The notes below the pieces were generated by a model. The model did not search any database. It was given only the letters and a program-made list of their open reading frames with translations, and was not told where the DNA came from. A stretch of DNA of 64,000 nucleotides from a virus. Where the stretch lies: the IMG/VR virus record IMGVR_UViG_3300025704_001538, positions 8,960 to 72,959 of that record; one strand, 5' to 3'. Positions 20,299 to 30,500 of this stretch are shown one piece after another. Made by a program: the position numbers and the translations under genes. The number at the start of each line of letters is the position of its first letter. Positions within the stretch are counted from its first letter, which is position 1.

Positions 20299-21309
20299 TT
20301 AATTAGTTTTTCTAAATCTTCTTTTTTCTTTTCTTGTAAGTTTCATAAAAGGTGTCAAGAAATACACCCATGCGTTGTCTGTTTTAGGTAAGTACTTAAA
20401 AATCCCGTCATCCATCATCATTCTCATAAGATTTTGATATCCCCGACCTTCAGGGTCAATATCTTCTTTATAATAAAGTTCAACGAGTTCCCTTGCTTCG
20501 TCAGTTAACAAAGGTAAGGATAAATCCACTAAACTTCTATTAATAACATAGAATTCTTCACCATATACCCCCCTTTTTGTTTTACCTGAAAGTAAATTTT
20601 GTAATGCTCTGTTATCTTTGTCATTTTCGTGTAGTTGTTCACCCTTCTGTAAAATATCGTCAACACTAACGACAGAATCAACTATCTCAGGAAAAAGTTT
20701 TACAAATGTTTTTTCACCAAAATAATATATCCCGTCAATATTATCAGACTTATCACCTGATATTATTTTAAATGTTGTAACATTCTGATGAGGTATAGAA
20801 ATATCTTTAAGTTTTACCTTATCACCAAACTTAATCATTTGTTTTTGAGTTGGTGAGTAGACTTGTACTCTTTCGGAAATTAGTTGTGTTAAGTCTTTAT
20901 CCGCCGAGAATATTGTTTTGTTTTCATCTTCAGATATTTGACAGTAGTATGCTATCATATCGTCCGATTCATTACCATCAACAACAACCTGACGAATAAA
21001 CATCTCTTCCAAGTACTCTTTCACTCTCTTTTGTTGCCAATTAAAAGATTGTTTTTGGATATCGTTTAGTCTGTTATAACGACGATTCTCTTTGTATTCA
21101 GGAAAAATCTTTTTCCTTTGATTAGAGTTGTCATTGCCGTCCCAAAAAACAATAACCTTATCGTAGTTGTATTCGGATATAAATCGTCTAATTGTATTCA
21201 CAAAGTGGTAGATTCCACCTATGTGATTACCCTTATGGTAATATTCCCGAACACCGTGATATCCAATCTTAAATAGATTGTTACCGTCCACTAATAAGGT
21301 TTTTGTCAC
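20299..21309 (-). CDS. 5'-3' exonuclease/flap endonuclease (T4 RNase H / PolA N-terminal-like)
   Basis: LLVDGNNL, VFWDG, EYKENR, ESDDMIA, SADKDLTQL, GDKSDNIDG. Confidence 0.92.
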   Translation of the reverse strand: MTKTLLVDGNNLFKIGYHGVREYYHKGNHIGGIYHFVNTIRRFISEYNYDKVIVFWDGNDNSNQRKKIFPEYKENRRYNRLNDIQKQSFNWQQKRVKEYLEEMFIRQVVVDGNESDDMIAYYCQISEDENKTIFSADKDLTQLISERVQVYSPTQKQMIKFGDKVKLKDISIPHQNVTTFKIISGDKSDNIDGIYYFGEKTFVKLFPEIVDSVVSVDDILQKGEQLHENDKDNRALQNLLSGKTKRGVYGEEFYVINRSLVDLSLPLLTDEARELVELYYKEDIDPEGRGYQNLMRMMMDDGIFKYLPKTDNAWVYFLTPFMKLTRKEKRRFRKTN

Positions 21310-21319
21310 TTGTTTTAAA

Positions 21320-22324
21320 TTACGCGATTAGACTATCTTCTTCCAACTTAAAATCACTACCTGTTCCAATAATATCTTTCCAATACTCAGAATGTTCTGA
21401 CTTGTACTTTTCAATAGACTTCTTCTCTTCCGTTGAGTCTTTACCCGCTAAGAATCCATGAGCAGTTACAAGTATTCTACCATCTTCATATCCTAGTCCG
21501 TTAATGTGGTTTTTCATTACAGAGACTTTTGTTCTGCTAGCGAATTTTACTTTTCTTTTGTCTTTTACTGCAGTAATCTTCGTAGTTCCTGCATTCTTTT
21601 GATTACCAAACAAGAATACCATTGATGAGTTCAACCAAATCGCTTCACCACCCTTCGCCTTGATTTTAGGTTGTCCAAAAGGATTGTCGGGGAGTTCTAC
21701 CCATGGTTGATTAACAATAACCAAAGTGTTTTCGTGTTTAGAGTCTGACCTACGTGAACCTGATATTCTTTGGTTAATACCCATTCCTATTTTGTCTGCG
21801 AGTACCGCAGCGTTGTGTTGTTTACCTCCTTTACCGTCATAAGTCATCTTACAAGGTACAGAACCTACCGAGTCCCAAAGGAAAAGAAGGTCATAATCCA
21901 AGTCTCCCTTTTCTTGCGCATCTAACAAAGAATTGATATAGTCTGTAATTTGCTCGATGTATTCAAAGTTGTTATTGAAGATAAAAAATCCATCCCAATC
22001 CAACTCTCCAGTTTCTTCATCCACTAATTCTTCACATTCAAAACCCATAAGTTTTGCGTGGTCAAACGACCATTTTTGTTCCGTAATGATAAATACTGGA
22101 AGAATACCTCTCTTTTGTGCGTCAACCGCCGCTTTAACCAAAGCAGTTGTTTTACCTGTGTCTGAATGACCCAAGAACATATTAAGATGTCCCATAGCAG
22201 GTCCAGGTACTCCTACGGCATCCAAAAAATCAGTGCCCAAGTCATAGAATCTTTGAGGTTTGAATTTTGCCGAAGAAGAAAACTGCTTCTTTATGTCTTT
22301 AAATGATTTTTTCTTAATTGCCAT
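21320..22324 (-). CDS. RecA/UvsX-like recombinase
   Basis: Walker A GHSDTGKTT, WDSVGS, IVNQ, KGGEA, KNH. Confidence 0.88.
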   Translation of the reverse strand: MAIKKKSFKDIKKQFSSSAKFKPQRFYDLGTDFLDAVGVPGPAMGHLNMFLGHSDTGKTTALVKAAVDAQKRGILPVFIITEQKWSFDHAKLMGFECEELVDEETGELDWDGFFIFNNNFEYIEQITDYINSLLDAQEKGDLDYDLLFLWDSVGSVPCKMTYDGKGGKQHNAAVLADKIGMGINQRISGSRRSDSKHENTLVIVNQPWVELPDNPFGQPKIKAKGGEAIWLNSSMVFLFGNQKNAGTTKITAVKDKRKVKFASRTKVSVMKNHINGLGYEDGRILVTAHGFLAGKDSTEEKKSIEKYKSEHSEYWKDIIGTGSDFKLEEDSLIA

Positions 22325-22365
22325 TGTATTTTGTTTTTTTCATTACAAAAATTTCATAATGATAA

Positions 22366-22395
22366 AGATGGGAGAGTTGTTACACCCCCCCATCT
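22366..22395 (-). terminator. GC-rich hairpin after the SSB gene (weak terminator or stabilising stem)
   Basis: Minus strand AGATGGGGGGT...ACTCTCCCATCT stem with G-U pairs, followed by only a short T-tract. Confidence 0.6.
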
Positions 22396-22410
22396 ATTGT
22401 TTTGTTTTTG

Positions 22411-23271
22411 TTAGAAAGGAAGGTCTTCGTCAACCTGCATTTTTGTTTGTGGGTCTTTTAATTCTTCAGTAGTTTCTGTCTTAGTAGTTGTAGTACCACC
22501 AATTGTTTCGGTAGTGTCGTCACCATAGACAAACTTCTTAAGTTCAGAATCCCATACAGGTGTCTCACCACGTGCAACCGCCTCAAGATACTCAATAGGT
22601 CTTTGTGCGTAAACGTCAGACCATGTCATACCATCTTCTATCCATTCTTTCATTTGGTCCGCATCTCCACTTAAAGGACATGGGTCATCATACATGATTG
22701 TCTGAACAACGGTGTATTCAATTCCTGAATTAGTCTTAGATTTAGATAGTTCGACAATGAGGTCACGACCTTCGTTACCATCCGTAACGTCTCCTTTTGC
22801 CCTCCAAATAGGAATGATTTTATCGAGAATACCCTCCTGCTTATAGTTGTCTTTAAATCTCCAAAACTTTACCCCGTCTTCTTCATTATCTCGGTCAATA
22901 ACCTTCACAATGTAAAACTTACGAGGTCGGTATTGCATTGCCAACTTCTTATCCGCCTCTTTACCCGTAGACATGAGTTCTTCATATACTTCAGTTAGTG
23001 GTGAACGTTCTCCATCATTTTTTCCTGGGTCGTATAGTTTAACCCATCGTCCATCAACTTGTACTTCGTGAAACCATACCTCCTTAAATGGTGATGAACC
23101 GTCAGGAGTGGGGAGTATTCTAATTCGTGATTGCCCTGATTTGGTTCCTTTAGGTAGATACGTAGTGTAGTATTTTTTAAGACGTTCTTGTTGCGTCATT
23201 CCGTCTCCACCACCGCGAGACTCTGTGTTTTTTTCGTACTGTGCCAGTACTGCGTCGAGTGCATTTGCCAT
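22411..23271 (-). CDS. Single-stranded DNA-binding protein, T4 gp32-like
   Basis: RIRILP...PFKEVWFH, YIVKVIDR, G.DL; acidic C-terminus DEDLPF. Confidence 0.85.
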   Translation of the reverse strand: MANALDAVLAQYEKNTESRGGGDGMTQQERLKKYYTTYLPKGTKSGQSRIRILPTPDGSSPFKEVWFHEVQVDGRWVKLYDPGKNDGERSPLTEVYEELMSTGKEADKKLAMQYRPRKFYIVKVIDRDNEEDGVKFWRFKDNYKQEGILDKIIPIWRAKGDVTDGNEGRDLIVELSKSKTNSGIEYTVVQTIMYDDPCPLSGDADQMKEWIEDGMTWSDVYAQRPIEYLEAVARGETPVWDSELKKFVYGDDTTETIGGTTTTKTETTEELKDPQTKMQVDEDLPF

Positions 23272-23318
23272 AATTTTTTTCTTTTATTCGTTAAATTTTT
23301 ATCTATTACTCAATGTAA

Positions 23319-23346
23319 AATATAACAACGAAAAACACTAAGTCAA
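23319..23346 (-). promoter_or_regulatory. Host-type early promoter for the SSB-RecA-exonuclease operon
   Basis: TTGACT-N16-TATATT; also readable as Bacteroidota-like TTTG-N19-TATATTTT. Confidence 0.6.
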
Positions 23347-23357
23347 ATGATACACAT

Positions 23358-23387
23358 AAAAAAGGACCATCAATATGGTCCTTTTTT
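23358..23387. terminator. Bidirectional intrinsic terminator
   Basis: AAAAAAGGACCAT-CAAT-ATGGTCCTTTTTT. Confidence 0.85.
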
Positions 23388-23662
23388 TATTCTGATATGT
23401 CAGTACGAACTATTAGAACCCCTTCTTCCGTTGGGTGTTTTTCAATCACCCATGTGATACCGTTCCAATCTGTCCATTTTTCACCGACTTTAATTGTACT
23501 CTCCCAATACTTTATAGGGTATTGTCCGTCCCAATATGTGGGAATCATTGCGTCAAATCCAAATTTACTAGGATTTTTGTATACTTTTGTTGGGATTGTA
23601 TTATAACATCCCGAAAATAAAAAAGTAATTAATATTAATAGTATTTTATAATCTATCTTCAT
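23387..23662 (-). CDS. Small lipoprotein (start revised to 23662)
   Basis: MKIDYKILLILITFLFSG-C: basic N-region, hydrophobic core and lipobox. Confidence 0.6.
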   Translation of the reverse strand: MKIDYKILLILITFLFSGCYNTIPTKVYKNPSKFGFDAMIPTYWDGQYPIKYWESTIKVGEKWTDWNGITWVIEKHPTEEGVLIVRTDISE

Positions 23663-24278
23663 CTTCAAATGGTTTATCAAAAGACTTTTTGATATCACCA
23701 TCAGAATAACTTTCAACATCGTCAGAGGTTAAAACGTATTCGTTTTTACCTGTTTGTTCTAACTCATCTTGTTTGTCCATAAAGAAGTCTGTTAGTTTTT
23801 GATTGTATGGATAACTATCAAGACTTCTCAACTGTAATTTTTCTTCAGGTGATTTTTGTCTGTATTTTTCAACTTTTTGTTCTAAGTCGTTAATCTTATT
23901 TAAGATAGTGTCCATCTCACCTAATTTAGAAGTTAAATCATCTAACTTACTAAACATATTCTCCATATACTCATCCTGTTTGTCAGAAATATCTTTCTGA
24001 GTTGTTACTAAATCTGTAATGTCTAACTCCTCAACACCACCTTCATCAGTAATATCGACACTTTCATCTCCAACAACTTCAACATCTGGGTCACTATCAA
24101 CGTCTACAGGTTCAGGAACTTCCTCAACATTTGTTTCGGTATCTACACCCATTTCCAAATTTTCATCACCACCTTCATCAGGTAGTGGGGGTAATTCAGT
24201 ATCTTCCTGCTCAATGATATAATTAGTTATCTTATTATATCTTTCAATTTCATTTATAATTTTTTTATCTATAGACAT
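23646..24278 (-). CDS. Acidic coiled-coil protein, possibly scaffold/internal head protein
   Basis: Very acidic middle region and heptad stretch; N-terminal KKIINEIERY...IIEQ propeptide-like segment. Confidence 0.5.
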   Translation of the reverse strand: MSIDKKIINEIERYNKITNYIIEQEDTELPPLPDEGGDENLEMGVDTETNVEEVPEPVDVDSDPDVEVVGDESVDITDEGGVEELDITDLVTTQKDISDKQDEYMENMFSKLDDLTSKLGEMDTILNKINDLEQKVEKYRQKSPEEKLQLRSLDSYPYNQKLTDFFMDKQDELEQTGKNEYVLTSDDVESYSDGDIKKSFDKPFEDEDRL

Positions 24279-24289
24279 TTTTCTAATTT

Positions 24290-24514
24290 TTAACCATTTA
24301 ATAATGTTTTTACGCCATGTCGTGTCTCAACTTTCATAGTTCTATTAACCTTCATAGTGTTATCAACTCTTTCAATTAAACCATCTCTCATTCTGACGGT
24401 ATAACAATCTCCAGTATCTAAATCACAAACTTCTTTATAACCATCACCATTATCTCTTTCAGTAATTCTACTATCTTTTTGTAGGTAGTCGTCTAATAAA
24501 TTTTTAATGTTCAT
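24290..24514 (-). CDS. Small hypothetical protein (start revised to MNIKNLLDDY)
   Basis: ATG at 24514 lies downstream of TATTTAT; contains VCDLDTGDCY. Confidence 0.55.
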   Translation of the reverse strand: MNIKNLLDDYLQKDSRITERDNGDGYKEVCDLDTGDCYTVRMRDGLIERVDNTMKVNRTMKVETRHGVKTLLNG

Positions 24515-24529
24515 TTGTAATCTTTTTAT

Positions 24530-24536
24530 ATAAATA
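24530..24536 (-). promoter_or_regulatory. TATTTAT putative late-promoter motif
   Basis: 15 nt upstream of the ATG at 24514. Confidence 0.6.
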
Positions 24537-24555
24537 TGTTTATTGTTAGGAATAT

Positions 24556-27500
24556 TCAACTTTCACCTCTCTGTATCACAGATTTAAATATATCTAACCA
24601 CTGTTCATAATTAGTTTTGAATTTTTCGTTGGTTTGTTTTTGATAATTAACCTCTTTTATAATATCAGATGCACTTCCGTTAATTGTCGGATTAGAGTAA
24701 ATATTACTCATATAAACAGTTGTTAAAGTTTTAGGTAATTCATCTATAACTGCCCCTTGTTGTAGTACATCGTATATTGCATCGGCCATGGGTCCGATTG
24801 GGTTAAGTGTTGCTCTCATAAAATCTAATGATTTTTCGATATTATCAAATGATGCTATTGTTGTTAAAATCCCCCCATATTGTACACAAACCTGAGAATC
24901 GAAGAATTGGTCTCTATTAGTTACTAATATATCAGTTCTTACATCCATAATATTGTTATTATAGCAATTTTCTCTGATTGACTGATTTTGTGTCGATATT
25001 CCGTATATTAATGTTTTTATCTTATCACTTGTAAAATCTTTACTGTTAACATAATCAATAACTTCTTGCGCTTGTATTGGTGTTTTTACCATTTCGGTAA
25101 ATGGTTTTTGAGGATATTTGGTAATCTCTTGTCCCTTTTCTTCTGGTCCTTGGGAGATGTTTTTCATCTTAGTTAATGCTAAATCATTTTCCGTCCCACC
25201 TGTTTTAGCGTTTGTTTCAATTTGTCTGACTTTCTCCTCCCATTGTTTTAATAGCTGTCTATTAACACTAGCAACTAACTTATCAGGTGGTGATAGTGCA
25301 AATTTCGGTATTCTTACCCCGTCAAAATTAGTGGTAAAACCTCTATTAGTTATATTATGTGTTACATTCATAATTAAATACGGTCCATAAAATAAGGGTA
25401 CGTTTGTTAGGTTAAAGTACATCGTGGGTTGTATCATAGCGTTACCCATAGACTGTACTTGACATGTATAACTTCTAGTTTTATAAAAATTATAAAGAGA
25501 TTGAGATTGTTGAGCCACTTGTTGACCCGAAGCTTGAGAACCTATGTCCTCCAATACTTGGAATGTCGGTCCAATATTTTTGTGTTGATTCATGTCTATA
25601 GAGACTGAGTTAAATACTCCCTGATTTCTTTTTCCGAAATCTACCTGAAATCCTACACATCTATTACTATCAGAATAGTTAGTTTTGTTTGTTTGATTTT
25701 CTCTTAATGGGCAATCCGATGGGTTTGTTATATCAAACGCGTCGTCACCTTTTCTAAAAGTATTATTCTGCCCTGTACCTAAATTAGAGGATGGTTCACC
25801 AACATAAATTCCAATCATTCTCGGTCTACTATCTCTAGTATCGACTTCCATAAACGTACCGAATAGGTCATTCGGTATGTCTTGTGGTAATGGTTCATTT
25901 TTCTTAGTCCTATCATTTCTACCGTAGAAATTAGTATACGCGGGTGTTGGTATAAATGTAAAATTATTTTTTTGGTATATCAGACCTAATAACCCATAAA
26001 CTGACATTTTGTCACTTCTACCTGTTATAAAACCTTCTAATTCGGAAATATTTACAACTACCTTATCCCCCACCGGTCTGTTCGCTCTATCTAAAAATAA
26101 GAAGTCTTCAAAAATAGTTCTGTTTTTAAAGTCTTGACCTGCCACCCATTTATCATTAAGTGCTTGAAACGTTTTCCATAGTTCAAGTTTTGGTATATTT
26201 CCGTCTATCTTAGACAGTCCTAATGATTCTTCAGTAATAGATACCGATGGTAAATCTCTATTCAATTTTATAAATATCTGATTTAGTATATCCTTTTGGA
26301 AGTTTTCTTGTTCCCCAAGGTACTCGTTAATTTCGTTTATAAAATTATCTTTATTCATCGTTTGGTCTTTCGACTTTTTAGATGCATAAATTTTTATGAT
26401 AGGAGATAATAGTTGAACATTACTTTCAGTAAATTCAAATTCCATATCAACAAAAAAGTCGGTTAGATATGAGCCGTTATCTCCATACTTAAATCCTCCC
26501 TCGGAGAAATCTCCAACATATTCATACATTGCCTTCCACGCACTCGGATAAGACGCCTTACTTGACCCTAAACTTACACCTCCACCTTCGGTAGGTAATG
26601 AGTTCTGTACATAGTTTCCAAAATTATAAGGGTCTTCAATTTTTTGTGACGATAATGTTGTTAATGAACCATAAACTTTATTATTATATTTCGATGGGTT
26701 TCCAATTTTAAGTATGATATCTTTATTTGTGAGTACGTCCAAATTATAGTTTATGAATTGTGTGCTTTGTGAGTTAGTTAAACTTTTCAATACATTGTCA
26801 AAATTTAACTGTTCACTAGGAGCATTAACCATTAATAAAGATTTTAAAACTTCATGAATATTTAAATCATATTTATATAAATTAGGTCCATTGTATAAAC
26901 TTTCCTGATTTTCATAAACCGATTTCCATCTACTCAGTTCAGTTGAAGGGACTTCTCCATTTTCATATTGACCCCTCACCTCTTCACTATTTATAAACTC
27001 TTCAAATGTTGTGTTTCCTCTGTTAACTAAGAATTGTGTTTTATTCGGTGGTTGACAAAAATTTAAAAAGTGTTGTTCAAATAAATCCAACATGTCTTTA
27101 GTAAAGACACCGAAAATATCATCTATCGATGAATAAGTTAAAGAAGTATCATTACCTAAATTAAACGCCTGTGTATTTTTATTTTCAGGGTTAATATGTT
27201 TTATATATTGATTAGGTTTTGGTTTATCAATCATTTCATTTGAGTAGTATCCGTAGTTTGAAGATGACCATAATGACCTTACCCCTCCATTATAAATCGA
27301 TGGGTTTGTTGTTACATTTTGTTTGTGGTTACCAACCGCATCAAAACATTCAAATCTTGTTTGATTAAATTTAGCTTCACCAAAAGAAGGTATTATTAGT
27401 ACCTTATTTTCTTTATTCTCTCTAAAATCATAATTACCTAAAACATTAAAGTACTGTGACCATGTATTCATCTGATAATCGGTCTCAGGGTCTTTAGAAA

Positions 27501-30500
27501 GTTTTATTTTTGTTTTTGATGTCGTACCTATTTGTAATCCTTTTTCGGTTTGAGCGCTTTGTAGTTCTGACGATGAATACGTACTAAATACGTCTTTTTT
27601 GGTGAAGAAATAATAAACGTCATTCATCACTTTAGGGAAGAATCCGTTTTGGACTCTTGTCGACTCAAGGTTTATCGTGACGTTCAAATCTCCCCCTAAA
27701 AATGCGGGGTCACCCTGATTCAGTTGTATTATATCGGTAAATTGCTCATATTGTTTTATTGTGGTATTATCACCATTATAATCATTAAAACTATATGACT
27801 TAGACGTGTTGTTTGAAATGGGGTCATATGCGTTTACATAATCGAAATCTTTCCATACATCATCTAAAATATCTATATTATCATTTTGATATTTTTTATA
27901 TCTATGCCATATCGAACCATACTTTAATATGAAAGGGTATGGTAGTTTATGAATAGCCGAATACTTGTTTAATGTTGCAAAAATATAATTTAACTCTGTG
28001 GTTATTGTATTTGAGTTTGTTTTAAACTTTTCTTTTAGTGTGGATAAAGGTAAAGAATTTAAGTACAAATAACCTAAAGCGGTATATGGATTTTCAATTT
28101 CATTTTTTTCGTTTTCAACTCCTTTCATAATTGAGTTGATGAAATATGGTGTATTAAGTAGTGAAGTAGTTTGGTTTCTACTAATGTAATTCTCAGTTGT
28201 GTCATATTTTGTCCCATAATCAATAAAGGACTCTGTTAATACTAAATCTTTTTGCATCCTAAGATTGTAGTAATTTATGACTTGAGCGTTTGTTAGGTAG
28301 TTTGTGTTTCCGTTAGAATTAATTGATGAGTCAAGGTCACTAGTCTCTTGTGTTGGTGAATTACTATAGTTTAATATCCATTCAAAATACGTGAATGGTT
28401 TTTTGTCATATGTTTTACCTATACTTGACTGACCTGATGATTGTGAACCTAAATCCGCTAAAACATCAAAACCGTACTTAAAAGACGCGATACTCTTTTT
28501 GGTTGAGTTTATTGAAAACATTTTAGACGTGTCGTTACTTAATTCAACTGAACTTATTTGTGACCCCTCTGATAAATTATTCTGTATCCATAATAAATTA
28601 TTAAATGGGTAACCATCACTAAATGACATTTCGTCTGAGTAGCTAGCTTTAAGGTATTTTTCTAATTTATCTATATTTTCAACATTTGACTCAACTGTGG
28701 TACTATCTCCTTCTAAGTAACTTAAATCATATATTCCATAATCATTTTCTAAATATGATTTTATATATGGCGTCGTAAACTCTCCCCTTGAGTGTAAATT
28801 CCAATTTGTACCTTGTCCGTTGTTGGAAATAGACTTCATATATCTCAACATATTTTCGTAACTAAATGCGAAGTTTTTTAATAGCTCGATTAACTCCGTT
28901 GAGTTAACAACTGATTCTTTAAGGTTATTATACTCAAAGTCACTAACAACACTGTAAACCTCATCCCTATAACCACTTGATTTATAAAGGTTAGTATAAT
29001 TACTACTTAATAAAGTTCTTTCAAATATTTCATATATAAATGGAACTATGTTTAAGTCTGTATACGGTTGATTTTGGTTTGGGAACTCTATCGCATTTAT
29101 ACCCATAAATGGATTATCCTTTAACGTATTAGTTAAATCGAAGTCTATATTTCCTGACTCTTTCTGAGTAGCCCCTTTCATAAATTCTTCAACAAACCTA
29201 ACCTCAGGCCATACCGTAGAAGAGAACGCTCTTAATTGTGACGCGACAGTATAGTCACCAGGGTATGTGTCTTTTAGTTCTTCATTTCCGTCTTCATCTA
29301 CTGAGTTAACAAAATACTGAGGCCAAGGATATACAATGGCGGTTTCTTGTTGTGGGTTATTAGTTGTCGGGGCATTACCACTATTTGTTTCAACTCCTTG
29401 TGATTTTTCAGGAGATAAAACGGCATTTCTTCTTATCGGGTTTTTTCTTTGTTCCCAAGATTCGTCATGTACTTGGTCCATTAATCTTAGGAACGCGTCT
29501 GCACTTGCCGATATAACAGCGATTATGTTTTTTATTGTAGGGTAAAATCCAAGACCCACGTTAGGACTTTTTATTTTTTCCGCCAACGCCTCAGACATCT
29601 TTTCTTCTACCATACTCCTCTTAGTCTCAAAGTCATCATTTAACCTCTGTAACTTACCCAAAAAACTAGTTATATTGTATTTTGTTTTACCGTATACATC
29701 CCCAAAGATGAAGAAGGTCCTCCTAAGCTGACTGTCCTCCATTTCTAACGTCTCAGCGTTAACTTGGTATCCATTAATTGTCAGTTCTGTCTCTATCTCA
29801 ACCTTTAGTGCCTCGACTTCCTGTTCTGTACCCGCTCTACCATTTCTTACTTCAAACGTAGATTCATAATCGATATCATCGGGATTGGTTATTTGTGTTA
29901 AAAAATTATTGATTGATATTGTTGAGGTGAGCGTAGTTTCTAATTTTTTTCCGTGTATTTTTGCTTGTCCGTCACTACCAAACGTGGTATTATCATTTAG
30001 TTTTGTGTTATATTCCTTGATAATGGTGTCAAGTGAAGATATAGAGTCACTTATGTTTTGTAGCGCAGTCTCTTCCTGATTTGTTAATTCTTTTTTTAAC
30101 GGATATACTACCGCTGAGTTTGGGATGTTTAATATGAATGGTAGGTTTTTATCGATATTTTTTGTTTCCCAATTATCCGTTATTTGCCCGTATATCTTAC
30201 TTTCATATTCTTTTAATGTTTTTCGATACAAATCAATATCGTTTAAGATTGCAAAATCTTCTTGTCCATACGCCTCCATTACATACCGTTCAAAGTTTTC
30301 CAACTTCATTAACATTTGACTTAACGTTAGTTCAGGGAAATTTTCATCTATCAAACCTTTGGCCTTATATGAACTATAAACATTCTTTATCATATCATAA
30401 CCTCTGGTAGATTTAATCCTCCTGACTTCTTGTAAACCCGATTCATTACTGGTTGTGGTCTTTTCGGGACCTAACGTTGCGGTTCGTTCGTACATATGAG

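Noticed and set aside
24515-24559. Track start sites for 24290..24559, 23387..23719, 60342..61649 and 46590..48374
   Set aside because: The extensions overlap upstream genes or promoter motifs; downstream starts at 24514, 23662, 61598 and 46620 fit better.
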